A stretch of 64,000 nucleotides of DNA from a bacterium (GTDB taxonomy: Bacteria > ARS69), in the NCBI GenBank assembly GCA_041393395.1, contig JAWKKG010000002.1, positions 14,151 to 78,150 of the forward strand, read 5' to 3'. Under the pieces are notes generated by a model, which was given only the letters and a program-made list of their open reading frames with translations, ran no database searches and was not told where the DNA came from. How positions within the stretch are numbered: position 1 is the stretch's first letter; the number at the start of each line of letters is the position of its first letter. Made by a program: the position numbers and the translations under genes. Shown piece after piece: positions 30,894 to 39,901 of this stretch.

Positions 30894-31829
30894 ATGGCGA
30901 AGACCGCCTTTCTGTTCCCGGGCCAGGGAAGTCAGTACGTCGGAATGGGGAAGAGCCTCGCCGAGGCGTACCCCGAGACGCGCGCGTGGTGGAACCGCGC
31001 CGACGAGATCCTCGGGTTCGACTTTACGCACCTGTGCTTCGAGGGCCCCGAGGAAGAGCTGAAGGAGACCCGCAATACGCAGCCGGCGCTGTTCGTGAAG
31101 AGCTGGGCGGCATGGAGTGCGGTGCGCGACTCGCTCTCGGCCGACTGGATGGCCGGACACAGCCTGGGTGAGTACTCGGCCCTGGCCGCGGCCGGCGCGC
31201 TGTCGTTCGACGACGGTCTCCGTGCCGTCCGCAAGCGCGGCGAGCTCATGTGGGATTCCGGCGTCTCACGGCCGGGAACGATGGCGGCGATCCTCGGGAT
31301 GACTCCCGCCGACGTCGAGGCGCTGTGCGAGGAGGCGAGCGCCGCCGGGCTCGTGCAGCCGGCGAACCTGAACTGTCCGGGCCAGATCGTGGTGTCGGGC
31401 GAGGTCGCCGGGGTCGAGCGCGCGGTGGAGCTCGCGCCCGAGCGCGGGGCCAAGAAGGCGGTGCGGCTCGCCGTGTCCGGCGCGTTCCACTCCGCGTTGA
31501 TGGAGGATGCGCAGCGCGATCTCGCCGCGTTCCTGGCCGAGCTCGACATCCGCGACGCCCAGGTGCCCGTGGTCTCGAACGTCCACGCCCGCCCGGTCAC
31601 GGCGGCGGCCGAGATCCGGCAGAACCTCGTGGACCAGATGACCTCGCCCGTCCGCTGGGAGGAGTCGATGCGCTTTCTCCTGGACTCGGGCGTGACCGAG
31701 TTCTACGAGATCGGGGCGGGAAAGGTCCTGCGGGGTCTCCTGCGCTCGATCGAGCGTTCGGCGAAGTGCACGAACGTGGGGCCGGCGGAGTCGATCCCGG
31801 AAGCTCTGGCGCAGGGAGGGATCGCGTGA
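30894..31829 (+). CDS. fabD: Malonyl CoA-ACP transacylase
   Basis: '[14 protein letters not shown]', active-site '[10 protein letters not shown]'. Confidence 0.95.
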   Translation: MAKTAFLFPGQGSQYVGMGKSLAEAYPETRAWWNRADEILGFDFTHLCFEGPEEELKETRNTQPALFVKSWAAWSAVRDSLSADWMAGHSLGEYSALAAAGALSFDDGLRAVRKRGELMWDSGVSRPGTMAAILGMTPADVEALCEEASAAGLVQPANLNCPGQIVVSGEVAGVERAVELAPERGAKKAVRLAVSGAFHSALMEDAQRDLAAFLAELDIRDAQVPVVSNVHARPVTAAAEIRQNLVDQMTSPVRWEESMRFLLDSGVTEFYEIGAGKVLRGLLRSIERSAKCTNVGPAESIPEALAQGGIA

Positions 31830-32554
31830 GCGTCGCGCTCGTCACGGGAGCTGCCCGCAACATCGGGCGGGCGATCGCGGTGCGCCTCGCGCGCGACGGC
31901 TTCGACGTCGCGTGCACGGGTCGCAGCGAGGAATCGCTCGCCGAGACGGTCCACGACGTGCGGGCCCAGGGCCGCCAGGCGCTCGCGATCGCGGCCGACG
32001 CATCCGATCCCGAGGCCCCGAAGGCCGCCGTGGAGCGCGCGGTCAAGGAGCTCGGTTCCCTCGACGTGCTCGTGAACAACGCCGGCATCACGAAAGACGG
32101 TCTGGTGGCGCGCATGAGCGAGGAGGACTTCGAGCGCGTGCTCGACGTCAACCTGAAGGGCTGCTTCCGCTTCTGCAAGGCGGCGGCCCGGCCCATGATG
32201 AAGCAGCGGTCCGGCCGCATCGTGAACATCACGTCGATCATCGGCGTGCGCGGGAACGAAGGGCAGTCGAACTACGCGGCCTCGAAGGCGGGGATGATCG
32301 GGTTCACCAAGAGTCTGGCCCGCGAGCTCGCGGCGCGGAGCATCCTGGTCAACGCGGTCGCGCCCGGATACATCGTCACGTCGATGACCGAGTCGCTGTC
32401 GGACGACGTGAAGGAGGCAATGTTCCGGTCGATTCCGCTCGGACGGTTCGGTTCGCCCGAGGACGTGGCGGGGGTCGTCTCGTTCCTCGCGTCGGAGGAC
32501 GCCGCGTACGTCACCGGTCAAACACTGATCGTCGACGGCGGCATGGTCACCTGA
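31826..32554 (+). CDS. fabG: 3-oxoacyl-ACP reductase
   Basis: '[15 protein letters not shown]', 'NNAGI', 'YAASKAG' SDR catalytic tetrad. GTGA overlap with fabD. Confidence 0.9.
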   Translation: MSVALVTGAARNIGRAIAVRLARDGFDVACTGRSEESLAETVHDVRAQGRQALAIAADASDPEAPKAAVERAVKELGSLDVLVNNAGITKDGLVARMSEEDFERVLDVNLKGCFRFCKAAARPMMKQRSGRIVNITSIIGVRGNEGQSNYAASKAGMIGFTKSLARELAARSILVNAVAPGYIVTSMTESLSDDVKEAMFRSIPLGRFGSPEDVAGVVSFLASEDAAYVTGQTLIVDGGMVT

Positions 32555-32631
32555 GGCAGAACAGCATCGAAGGTGGAGCCGCTCGGACGAGGGGCTCGCA
32601 GGAAGCAACAACCACCGGAGGAGAGGGAAGA

Positions 32632-32880
32632 ATGGATTCTCCGAATTACGAGAAGGTTCGGGACATCATCGTGGATCAGCTGGACGTGGAGGCCGAGCAG
32701 GTCACGGCGGACGCCTCGTTCATCGAGGATCTCGGCGCGGACTCGCTCGACACGGTCGAGCTCGTGATGGCGCTCGAGGAGAACTTCGACATCGAGATCC
32801 CGGACGAGGACGCGGAGAAGATCAAGACCGTCCGCGACGCCGTGAGCTACATCGACAAGAACGTGAGCGCCGCGAACTAG
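32632..32880 (+). CDS. acpP: Acyl carrier protein
   Basis: 82 aa with the '[17 protein letters not shown]' phosphopantetheine-attachment Ser. Confidence 0.95.
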   Translation: MDSPNYEKVRDIIVDQLDVEAEQVTADASFIEDLGADSLDTVELVMALEENFDIEIPDEDAEKIKTVRDAVSYIDKNVSAAN

Positions 32881-32937
32881 TTCCGGCGCCATCCGAGCGG
32901 TCGCCGGCCTCGGCCGGCGGAAGCGATTGGGAGCGAC

Positions 32938-34188
32938 ATGAGCGACAAGCGACGGGTGGTCGTCACCGGAGTCGGGGCGATCACTCCCATCGGCAACACG
33001 GCGCCGGAGTTCTGGCAGGCCGCGAGCACGGGTTCGTGCGGCGCGGGGCCGATCACCCGGTTCGACCCGACGGATCATTCCGTGAAGTTCGCCTGCGAGG
33101 TGAAGGACTTCGACGAGTCCCGGGCCGGCGACCGGAAAGAAGCCCGCAAGATGGATCGCTTCACTCAGTTCGCGATGGTCGCCGCCCTGGAGGCGGCGGA
33201 GGACGCGGGCATCGCTCCCGGCGACGGCATCGACGCGAACCGCTTCGGCGTGCTGATCGGATCGGGAATCGGGGGCATCCAGACCCTCGAGGACCAGAAG
33301 GAAGTCCTCATGGAGAAGGGACCGGGCCGGGTGAGCCCGTTCTTCGTTCCCATGATGATCGTGAACATGGCCACCGGTCTCGTGGCGATCCGTCTCGGCG
33401 CGAAGGGCCCGAGCAACGCCACCGTGACCGCGTGCGCCTCCGGAGCGAACGCGATCGGCGACGCATTCCGCGTCATCTCGTACGGCGACGCCGACGTGAT
33501 GATCGCCGGCGGCGCCGAGGCTCCGATCACCCAGATCGCCGTGGGCGGCTTCGCCAACATGAAGGCGCTGTCGACCCGGAACGACGATCCGATGCACGCG
33601 AGCCGTCCGTTCGATGCGGACCGCGACGGCTTCGTGATCGGAGAGGGAGCGGGAATCGTGGTGCTCGAGGAGCTGGAGCACGCGAAGCGACGGGGAGCCC
33701 GCATCTACTGCGAGCTCGTGGGCTACGGCTACAGCACGGACGCCCATCACATGACCGCGCCCGCCCCCGGAGGAGAAGGTGCCGTCCGGTCGATGCAGGC
33801 CGCGATCCGCGACGCCGGGGTGTCCCCGGCCGACGTCACCTACCTGAACGCGCACGGGACCTCGACGCCGTTGAACGACAAGTACGAGACGGCCGCGATC
33901 AAGACCGTGTTCGGCGAGCACGCCACGCGACTCGCCGTCAGCTCCACGAAATCCATGACCGGGCATCTGCTCGGCGCAGCGGGGGGAATCGAGTTCGTGC
34001 TCCTCGCCTACGCGCATCGCGATGGGCGAGTCCCTCCGACCATCAACTACAAGACCAAAGACCCCGAGTGCGATCTCGACTATGTGCCGAACGAGGCACG
34101 CGACCTGAAAGTGAATGTCGCCCTGACGAACTCACTCGGCTTCGGCGGTCACAACGTGACGTTGGCGACCAGGAGTCATGAAGGATAA
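32938..34188 (+). CDS. fabF: 3-oxoacyl-ACP synthase II
   Basis: Active-site Cys '[16 protein letters not shown]'. His motifs '[10 protein letters not shown]', 'GHLLGAAGG'. Confidence 0.95.
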   Translation: MSDKRRVVVTGVGAITPIGNTAPEFWQAASTGSCGAGPITRFDPTDHSVKFACEVKDFDESRAGDRKEARKMDRFTQFAMVAALEAAEDAGIAPGDGIDANRFGVLIGSGIGGIQTLEDQKEVLMEKGPGRVSPFFVPMMIVNMATGLVAIRLGAKGPSNATVTACASGANAIGDAFRVISYGDADVMIAGGAEAPITQIAVGGFANMKALSTRNDDPMHASRPFDADRDGFVIGEGAGIVVLEELEHAKRRGARIYCELVGYGYSTDAHHMTAPAPGGEGAVRSMQAAIRDAGVSPADVTYLNAHGTSTPLNDKYETAAIKTVFGEHATRLAVSSTKSMTGHLLGAAGGIEFVLLAYAHRDGRVPPTINYKTKDPECDLDYVPNEARDLKVNVALTNSLGFGGHNVTLATRSHEG

Positions 34189-35923
34189 TCAGACGAACGC
34201 GATCCAGGGAGCGGTCTCGGTTCTCGAGAAGCTCTTCTTCGGAACGCGCAAAGGACCGTCGGGGGAGCGTTCCCGGCTGCTGCGGAAGCTCCAGAAGCGG
34301 ATCGGTGTCCGCTTCACCGACATCTCTCTGCTCGAACAGGCGTTGACCCACCGCTCGTACTCGCACGTCACCGCGCAGACGCGCAACGACTCGAACGAGC
34401 GCATGGAGTTCCTCGGGGACTCCGTGCTCGGGCTCTCCGTCAGCCAGTTCCTGTATCTGCAGTTCCCGGAGCGCTCGGAAGGAGCGCTCTCCAAGATGAA
34501 GTCGCTGCTCGTGAGCCGGAAGGTGCTCTCCACGATCGCGAAGGAGGTCGGACTCGGCGAGTTCGTGCTCCTGTCCGGCGAGGAGTCGGAGATGGGCGGT
34601 CGCGACCGCACGTCGATCCTCGCGGACTCGTTCGAGGGCGTGATCGGCGCGATCTATCTCGATCAGGGCTACCGGACCGCGAACCGGTTCATCCAGAAGT
34701 TCCTGCTCGCGAACATCCACGAGATCCTGAAGGACGACGATCACACGAACTTCAAGTCGCTGCTCCAGGAGTACGTCCAGTCCAAGCGGCTGTCGCATCC
34801 CGTCTACCGTGTCCGCAAGGAAGAGGGACCGGAGCACGAGAAGGAGTTCGCGATCGACGTCGTGGTCAAGGGCGAGGTCTGGGGCACCGGTCGCGGCAAG
34901 AGCAAGAAGGACGCGGAGCAGAACGCGGCCCGCGCGGCGCTCGAGAAGCGACAGGGCAAGGTTGCCGGACGTCGCGGCGGGAACGGCGGCAGCTCGCCTC
35001 CCGAGAACGGTGACGCCGGCGAGAGCGCTCCGACCCGCGGTCGCGGGCGCCGGCGCGGACGCGGCGAGGCCACCGAGGTGCAGGCCGAGGCGCGATCCCG
35101 TGGTGATCATGGAATCGTCGCGTCGCGAGAGAAGCTGCGCGAGGCTCGTCAGGCCGAGGAGGACAGTCGTCGGCGCGGGCGCGATCGTCGTCCTTCGCGG
35201 CGTGGTCGTGCGGAATCGGAGGCCGCGGACAGCGAGGCGCCGGTCGAGGCGATGGAGAACGGCGGTCGGGGACGCCGGGCGGAGGGCGACAGCGACTCGC
35301 GGCCGCGTTCCGAGCGTCGGCGTCGGCGACGGCGGCGCGGCGGGGGCGGCGGTGCCGACGACGTTTCGCCGGGTGAGACGATGACGGCGGGGACCGGAGC
35401 CGCCGCTTCGGTGGTCGCGGCCTCGGACGTCGATGCCGGAACCGAACGGGAGACCCCGGCGAGGGACGAGTTCGAATCGCGACCGGTCGTCGAGAGCGAA
35501 TCGCGGGCGGAGTTGCGCGAGTCCGAACGGGTCGAGGCGCTGGCGCGTCCGGCACCGGAACGGGAGCGCCGCGAGCCCGAGGCTTCGAGCGAGACGGAGC
35601 GCCCACGCCGGGTCGAGCCGGCGCGGTTGGAGACCGCGGAAGAAGTGGAGTCCGAGCCCGCGGCGGAATCCTCCGAGCCGGAAGGCTTCGTGCGGCGCCG
35701 TCGTACCCGGCGGGAGTCGCGCCCGACGCCGTCCGGGGGAGGCGGTGCGGAGCGTCCTCCCGTGTCGACTGCGGTCGAGCCTCTCGACCCGGCGTCGTCG
35801 TCTTCGGACGGGGACGAGGCGGAGGTCGGCTCGACCGCGTCGGTAGACGGTGGGACCGGCGAAGAGTCCGCCGGATTCACGCGACGCAAGCGACGTCAGG
35901 TGCGCGGACTCCGCCGCCGCTAG
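34178..35923 (+). CDS. rnc: Ribonuclease III with a ~330-aa Arg/Glu/Gly-rich low-complexity C-terminal extension
   Basis: RNase III signature '[12 protein letters not shown]' and a dsRBD ending near residue ~250, in the conserved position after fabF. The same frame then continues open for ~330 more codons with a GC3-rich coding pattern. Confidence 0.8.
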   Translation: MKDNQTNAIQGAVSVLEKLFFGTRKGPSGERSRLLRKLQKRIGVRFTDISLLEQALTHRSYSHVTAQTRNDSNERMEFLGDSVLGLSVSQFLYLQFPERSEGALSKMKSLLVSRKVLSTIAKEVGLGEFVLLSGEESEMGGRDRTSILADSFEGVIGAIYLDQGYRTANRFIQKFLLANIHEILKDDDHTNFKSLLQEYVQSKRLSHPVYRVRKEEGPEHEKEFAIDVVVKGEVWGTGRGKSKKDAEQNAARAALEKRQGKVAGRRGGNGGSSPPENGDAGESAPTRGRGRRRGRGEATEVQAEARSRGDHGIVASREKLREARQAEEDSRRRGRDRRPSRRGRAESEAADSEAPVEAMENGGRGRRAEGDSDSRPRSERRRRRRRRGGGGGADDVSPGETMTAGTGAAASVVAASDVDAGTERETPARDEFESRPVVESESRAELRESERVEALARPAPERERREPEASSETERPRRVEPARLETAEEVESEPAAESSEPEGFVRRRRTRRESRPTPSGGGGAERPPVSTAVEPLDPASSSSDGDEAEVGSTASVDGGTGEESAGFTRRKRRQVRGLRRR

Positions 35924-38193
35924 ACGTTCGTCCCGGCGGGCGGCGGCGTCGCGTTCCGGCGCCGTCGCCCGCGCAGCGTCCCCCCGAGCAGCAGCAGCAT
36001 CCCGGCCGCTGCGGCCGCGCCCAGCATCGCGTCGGCGAAGTCGGAAGCGTTCGCCCCCGCGTGCGCCGCGACCGGCGGCAATGCCTCGTCTCTGCCGCGC
36101 ACCACGAACGCGCCCCACAGGAACGGATCGTTCAGGTCGGAGCGTCCCGAGAGGATCATCGCGCCGCGCGCCCGGCGCAACGCCTCCGACGGACGATCGC
36201 CTGCCGCGAGACGCTCGTGCAGTGCGGCCATCAGCTTCCCGATCGCGCGATCCTCGACCTTCCACAGCGCGCCGATCACCGAGCCCGCGCCGGCGTCGAG
36301 GAATGCGGACGAGAGAACGCCCACCGACGTGCGCCCCGCGACGTCCGAGAGTCCGGTCTCGCAGCCGGAGAGCACCACGATGCGTGCCGGGACATCGATG
36401 CGGCGGATCTCTGCCGGCTCGAGTCGACCGTCGCCGTCCTCGGCGGGAGCGAGAAGTACGGCGGGGGACCGGGGATCCGTGTGCGCGGCGAGGTGCAGGA
36501 TCGCGGGAGGGGGGCGATCGCGAACCCGCGCCTCCGTCGCGTCGGCGCCCAGCCACACCTCGACCTCGGAACCCGTGCGCGCGATCGCGTCCGCCTCGTC
36601 ACGCGCGCCGGGCAGCGGAACGAGCGGGGACGTCGGGCCGAGCACCGGGTCCGCCAGGACGCGGACGGCGCGGGTCGTGTTCGCGTCCGAATCCGGGGGC
36701 GGCCCCGAGACCGTCGCGTCCACGAGCGACCGGACGATGCCGAGGGGGCCGGCCCCGGTGGGAAGCACGGCGAACGGCAGGGCCTGGAGGGGACCGTCCG
36801 GCTCGAGCAGCATGCGGCCGTGCGACTGTTCCGCGTCGGCGGGAAACAAGCGCCCGACGAGGACCCGCCCGACGTCGTCCCGCTCGGTGGCGCGCGACGG
36901 GTCGGCGAGGAGGCCGCGGAACAGCAGGATCCACTCGCGCAGCTCGTCGGCCGCGCCGCAGTCGCGGGCGCGGTGGAGCGGGGCGGAGGATCCCGGCCAC
37001 TCCGCGAACGCGAGCACGCGCTCGCTGCCCCAGAACCAAGCGATCGCGAGGTCGTCTCCCTCCCGGGTGATTGCTCCGTGGGGATCCGCCCCGCGCACCC
37101 GGCGCACCCACTCGCGCGCCTCGTCGAACCGGGCCGGCTCCACGTCGAAGGCAGCGCCGTCCGTCGACGCCGGAAACCAGAGGTCGAGCGCCGTCTCGAC
37201 CCATGAGCGCGCGACCCGACACCGTGCGTCCGTTTCCGCGACGCCGCTCGCCTCCTCGATCCACGCGCGCGCCTGCGCGAGACACACGCCGATCCGGCGG
37301 GCGGCTTCCAAGCGATCGCCTCCGGCGACGGCATCGAGCGCGGCGCGCTGTTCCACGTCGGCGCGATCCCGCGCATCCCGCGCGAGGGTCCGGGCCCGCG
37401 TCGTCGCGTCGTGCGCGTCTTGCGGTCGTCGCGCCTTGGTGCAGGCTTCCGCGAGCGCGAGTCGGGCGCGACGCTCGATCGCGAGCGCCGTGTCCGCGCG
37501 CGCGCCGTCGGCGACGCGAGCGAGCGCGGCCGCGGCCTCGCGCGGGCGCCCGCGGTCGAGGTCGAGGAGGCCGCGCACGAATCCGATCTCCAGCTCCTCC
37601 CGGGGTGACGGCTTCGCGCGTTCGGCGACGTCGAGTGCCCGCTCCGCCGCGTCGAGGTGATCGGTGAGCCGGCGGGCGTCGGCCACGATGCGCCATGCGC
37701 GCGCCTCGGTCGCGCCGTCATCCGCCGCGCGCGCGCGTTCCGCGGCCCGCAGCGCGATCGCCTCGGCCGCTTCCCAGCGACCTTCCCGCAATCGGTGCTG
37801 CGCCTGGTTCGTGAGGACGAACCCGGCCGTGTCGTCCGGCACGTCCGTCGTCAGCGCGCCGGTCGCCATCTCGAGGAGCAGCGCGGCCTCGGCGTGATTG
37901 CCGGCCCGCGAAGCTTCCGCCGCCGCGTTGGACAGATGCAGTGCACGATCGCCGGGCTCGTCGGTGGCCTCCGCCGCGCGCCGGAACAGTCGCGTCGCGT
38001 CGCCGTGCTGGCCCGCGCGCGAAGCGGCAAGTGCGCGCGCGGCCCACGAACTCGCGTCGTCGCGCAACGTGTCGGCGGGGGCATCGCTCGCGTCGACGCG
38101 CTGCGCGAGGGCGGCCGCCGGACCGAGGATTCCGGGGCCCGGCCCGAGCGTGAGCGCGAGAAGAAGGAGAATCAGGGTGTGACGGCCGACCAC
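35920..38193 (-). CDS. Secreted TPR-like repeat + CHAT (caspase-like) domain protein with C-terminal hydrophobic segment and RRRR tail (757 aa)
   Basis: GTG start gives the signal peptide 'VVGRHTLILLLLALTLGPGPGILGPAAALAQ'. N-terminal Ala/Arg-rich helical repeats (TPR-like). C-terminal CHAT with His/Cys dyad contexts 'AILHLAAHTDP' and 'IVVLSGCETG'. Ends '...[32 protein letters not shown]'. The upstream 361 codons of ORF 35920..39276 are the antisense of the anti-sigma/sigma genes and are rejected. Confidence 0.65.
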   Translation of the reverse strand: MVGRHTLILLLLALTLGPGPGILGPAAALAQRVDASDAPADTLRDDASSWAARALAASRAGQHGDATRLFRRAAEATDEPGDRALHLSNAAAEASRAGNHAEAALLLEMATGALTTDVPDDTAGFVLTNQAQHRLREGRWEAAEAIALRAAERARAADDGATEARAWRIVADARRLTDHLDAAERALDVAERAKPSPREELEIGFVRGLLDLDRGRPREAAAALARVADGARADTALAIERRARLALAEACTKARRPQDAHDATTRARTLARDARDRADVEQRAALDAVAGGDRLEAARRIGVCLAQARAWIEEASGVAETDARCRVARSWVETALDLWFPASTDGAAFDVEPARFDEAREWVRRVRGADPHGAITREGDDLAIAWFWGSERVLAFAEWPGSSAPLHRARDCGAADELREWILLFRGLLADPSRATERDDVGRVLVGRLFPADAEQSHGRMLLEPDGPLQALPFAVLPTGAGPLGIVRSLVDATVSGPPPDSDANTTRAVRVLADPVLGPTSPLVPLPGARDEADAIARTGSEVEVWLGADATEARVRDRPPPAILHLAAHTDPRSPAVLLAPAEDGDGRLEPAEIRRIDVPARIVVLSGCETGLSDVAGRTSVGVLSSAFLDAGAGSVIGALWKVEDRAIGKLMAALHERLAAGDRPSEALRRARGAMILSGRSDLNDPFLWGAFVVRGRDEALPPVAAHAGANASDFADAMLGAAAAAGMLLLLGGTLRGRRRRNATPPPAGTNV

Positions 38194-38972
38194 TCGAACC
38201 GGCCGGGCGCGGACGAGACTTCCGATCCGTCCTCGCGTCGGGCGCGCACGATCCAGTGCAACTCGTGCGCCCCCTCGCCGAAGCGCTGCGAGATCTCCGC
38301 GCCGGGCAACAGCCAAGATGCCTCCTCCGTGGGGCCTAGCTCCGCGACGGTCGTTCCCGCCACGTCGACCAGCACGACGTGATACGAACGGGCGCCGGCG
38401 ACCGGCCCCCACGCGAATCGTACGTCGCCTCGGAGGTTCTCGTCTTCCTTCGGGGTGATCCGCTCGATCTGTTGCGCGCTCGCCGACGCGTGGGGATTCG
38501 TGCGCAGCTCCGCGCCGCGCTCCGGAGTGGACTCGCGGAGCACGAGCGCCACGAGCAACGTCGCCGCGGCGGCGCCGAGGAGGGCCGGGGTGGGTGAGGC
38601 GAGGAGCTCGCGCATCCGCCGGAAGATCCCGGGATCCTGCGAGCGCGACGACGGGACGCCGGCCGCCCGCACCTCGCGCAGCAACTCGCTCGGCGGGGTC
38701 GCGGCGAGGTCCGGCACGTCCTCGAGCGCCGCGCGGAGCTCGCCGAAGGCGCGGGCGAGTGCGGGATCCTCGGTGAGGCGACGCCGAGCCCGCGCGGCGT
38801 CCTCTCCGGAGAGCGTGCCGTCCAGCAGGCCGAGCAGCTCCTCGTCCAGCTCGTCGAGCTCGGCCGGGGTGCCGTCGCCGGAGGAGCGGGTCGCATCGCT
38901 CCAGGCGGACAGCAGGAAGGCCGTCTCGGGAAAGTCGCGCTCGGGAGATCGATCGTCGGGTCGGGTCGTCAT
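38172..38972 (-). CDS. Membrane-anchored anti-sigma factor: N-terminal anti-sigma domain, 1 TM, periplasmic C-terminal domain
   Basis: 'ELDEELLGLLDGTLSGEDAARARRRLTEDPALARAFGELRAALED' RskA/ChrR-like anti-sigma N-domain lacking Cys. TM 'ALLGAAAATLLVALVL'. ~120-aa periplasmic domain. ATG overlaps the ECF sigma stop (ATGA). Confidence 0.6.
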   Translation of the reverse strand: MTTRPDDRSPERDFPETAFLLSAWSDATRSSGDGTPAELDELDEELLGLLDGTLSGEDAARARRRLTEDPALARAFGELRAALEDVPDLAATPPSELLREVRAAGVPSSRSQDPGIFRRMRELLASPTPALLGAAAATLLVALVLRESTPERGAELRTNPHASASAQQIERITPKEDENLRGDVRFAWGPVAGARSYHVVLVDVAGTTVAELGPTEEASWLLPGAEISQRFGEGAHELHWIVRARREDGSEVSSAPGRFEWSAVTP

Positions 38973-39721
38973 GGTTCCCTCTCGTCCGGATCGGACACGC
39001 CCGCGGCGGCATTTTGAAACAGGGCGGCCCGAAACGTCTCCGCCGCCTCGGAGAAGGCCCGTTCGTCCCAGTCGGCCGACTCGCGGGCGCGAGCGAGGGC
39101 GGCACACTTGCCGAGCGCCTTGCGGAGCCGGTACGCCGCGTCGTTCGTGTCGCGCGCGCCGATCGCCTCGGCGAGCTCGCGGAGTTTGAGGCCACCGGCG
39201 AAGCGCAGGGTGAGGATCTCGCGATCCGCGGGCTCGAGTGCCGCCAGTGCGTCGCGGGCGGCGTGCCGGCCGACACCCACGGCCCAGGTCTCCCGCCGCG
39301 TCGTGGCCGCGAGGTCCTCCTCGGCCCGGGCCTCGCCCTCCAGCCGCTCCCGCGACGTCGCCTCCACGCCCTTGCGCCGGTAGAGACGGAAGCGCTCCGT
39401 CTTCACGACCCGGAACAGGTAGGTGCGGAAATCGCAGCGGCCCTCGAACGCCCGGAGCCGCCGGAAGTCCTCCGAGCGGAGCCGCTCGAACACTCCGCGG
39501 AATACCTCCGCGGAGAACTCCTCGGGGTCCGGGTGACCCTGCGCGAACTTCAGCGCCAGGGACCAGACGAACTTGGAGTATTTCTCGACAAAGAGCTGCC
39601 AACCTTTTGCGGGATCGGTGGTTAGCATTCCTTGGATGTCGGAGAACTCGAGCCCGGACCGGGAGTCCTCGAGCCGCGCGAGTCGGTCCAGAAATTCCCG
39701 GACGGGGCGTTCCTGAGCCAT
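38969..39721 (-). CDS. ECF-type RNA polymerase sigma-70 family factor with C-terminal extension
   Basis: Region 2 'FVEKYSKFVWSLALKF...FRTYLFRVVKTERFRLYRRK'. Region 4 'LEPADREILTLRFAGGLKLRELAEAIGARDTNDAAYRLRKAL'. ~45-aa extra C-terminus. Confidence 0.75.
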   Translation of the reverse strand: MAQERPVREFLDRLARLEDSRSGLEFSDIQGMLTTDPAKGWQLFVEKYSKFVWSLALKFAQGHPDPEEFSAEVFRGVFERLRSEDFRRLRAFEGRCDFRTYLFRVVKTERFRLYRRKGVEATSRERLEGEARAEEDLAATTRRETWAVGVGRHAARDALAALEPADREILTLRFAGGLKLRELAEAIGARDTNDAAYRLRKALGKCAALARARESADWDERAFSEAAETFRAALFQNAAAGVSDPDEREP

Positions 39722-39901
39722 ACGCGGGCCTCCGGTCGATCGCCGCGGCGAGGGTATCATGCGATCCGGGTGCGGTCACCCGAGGAGCCGCCGCGGCGAT
39801 CCTCCCGCTTGCCCATCAAGTCGATGCCGGGAAACGTCGATCCTTTGTCAGGATTGGGCGGCTTTGCCGGGAGCCCGGGGCAGGCGAGGAGTGGGGGCGT
39901 G

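Noticed and set aside
34043-37721. Minus/plus ORFs 34043..36556(-), 35850..37070(+), 36276..37721(-), 36329..37660(+)
   Set aside because: Alternative frames overlapping rnc and the CHAT gene. Compositionally biased (Arg/Ser/Pro). The sense frames carry the recognisable RNase III and TPR-CHAT signatures.
35920-39276. Full 1118-aa extent of the minus-strand ORF containing the CHAT protein
   Set aside because: Only the downstream 757 codons (from the GTG at 38193, where a signal peptide appears) are credible. The upstream 361 codons are the antisense of the anti-sigma/sigma genes read in another frame.
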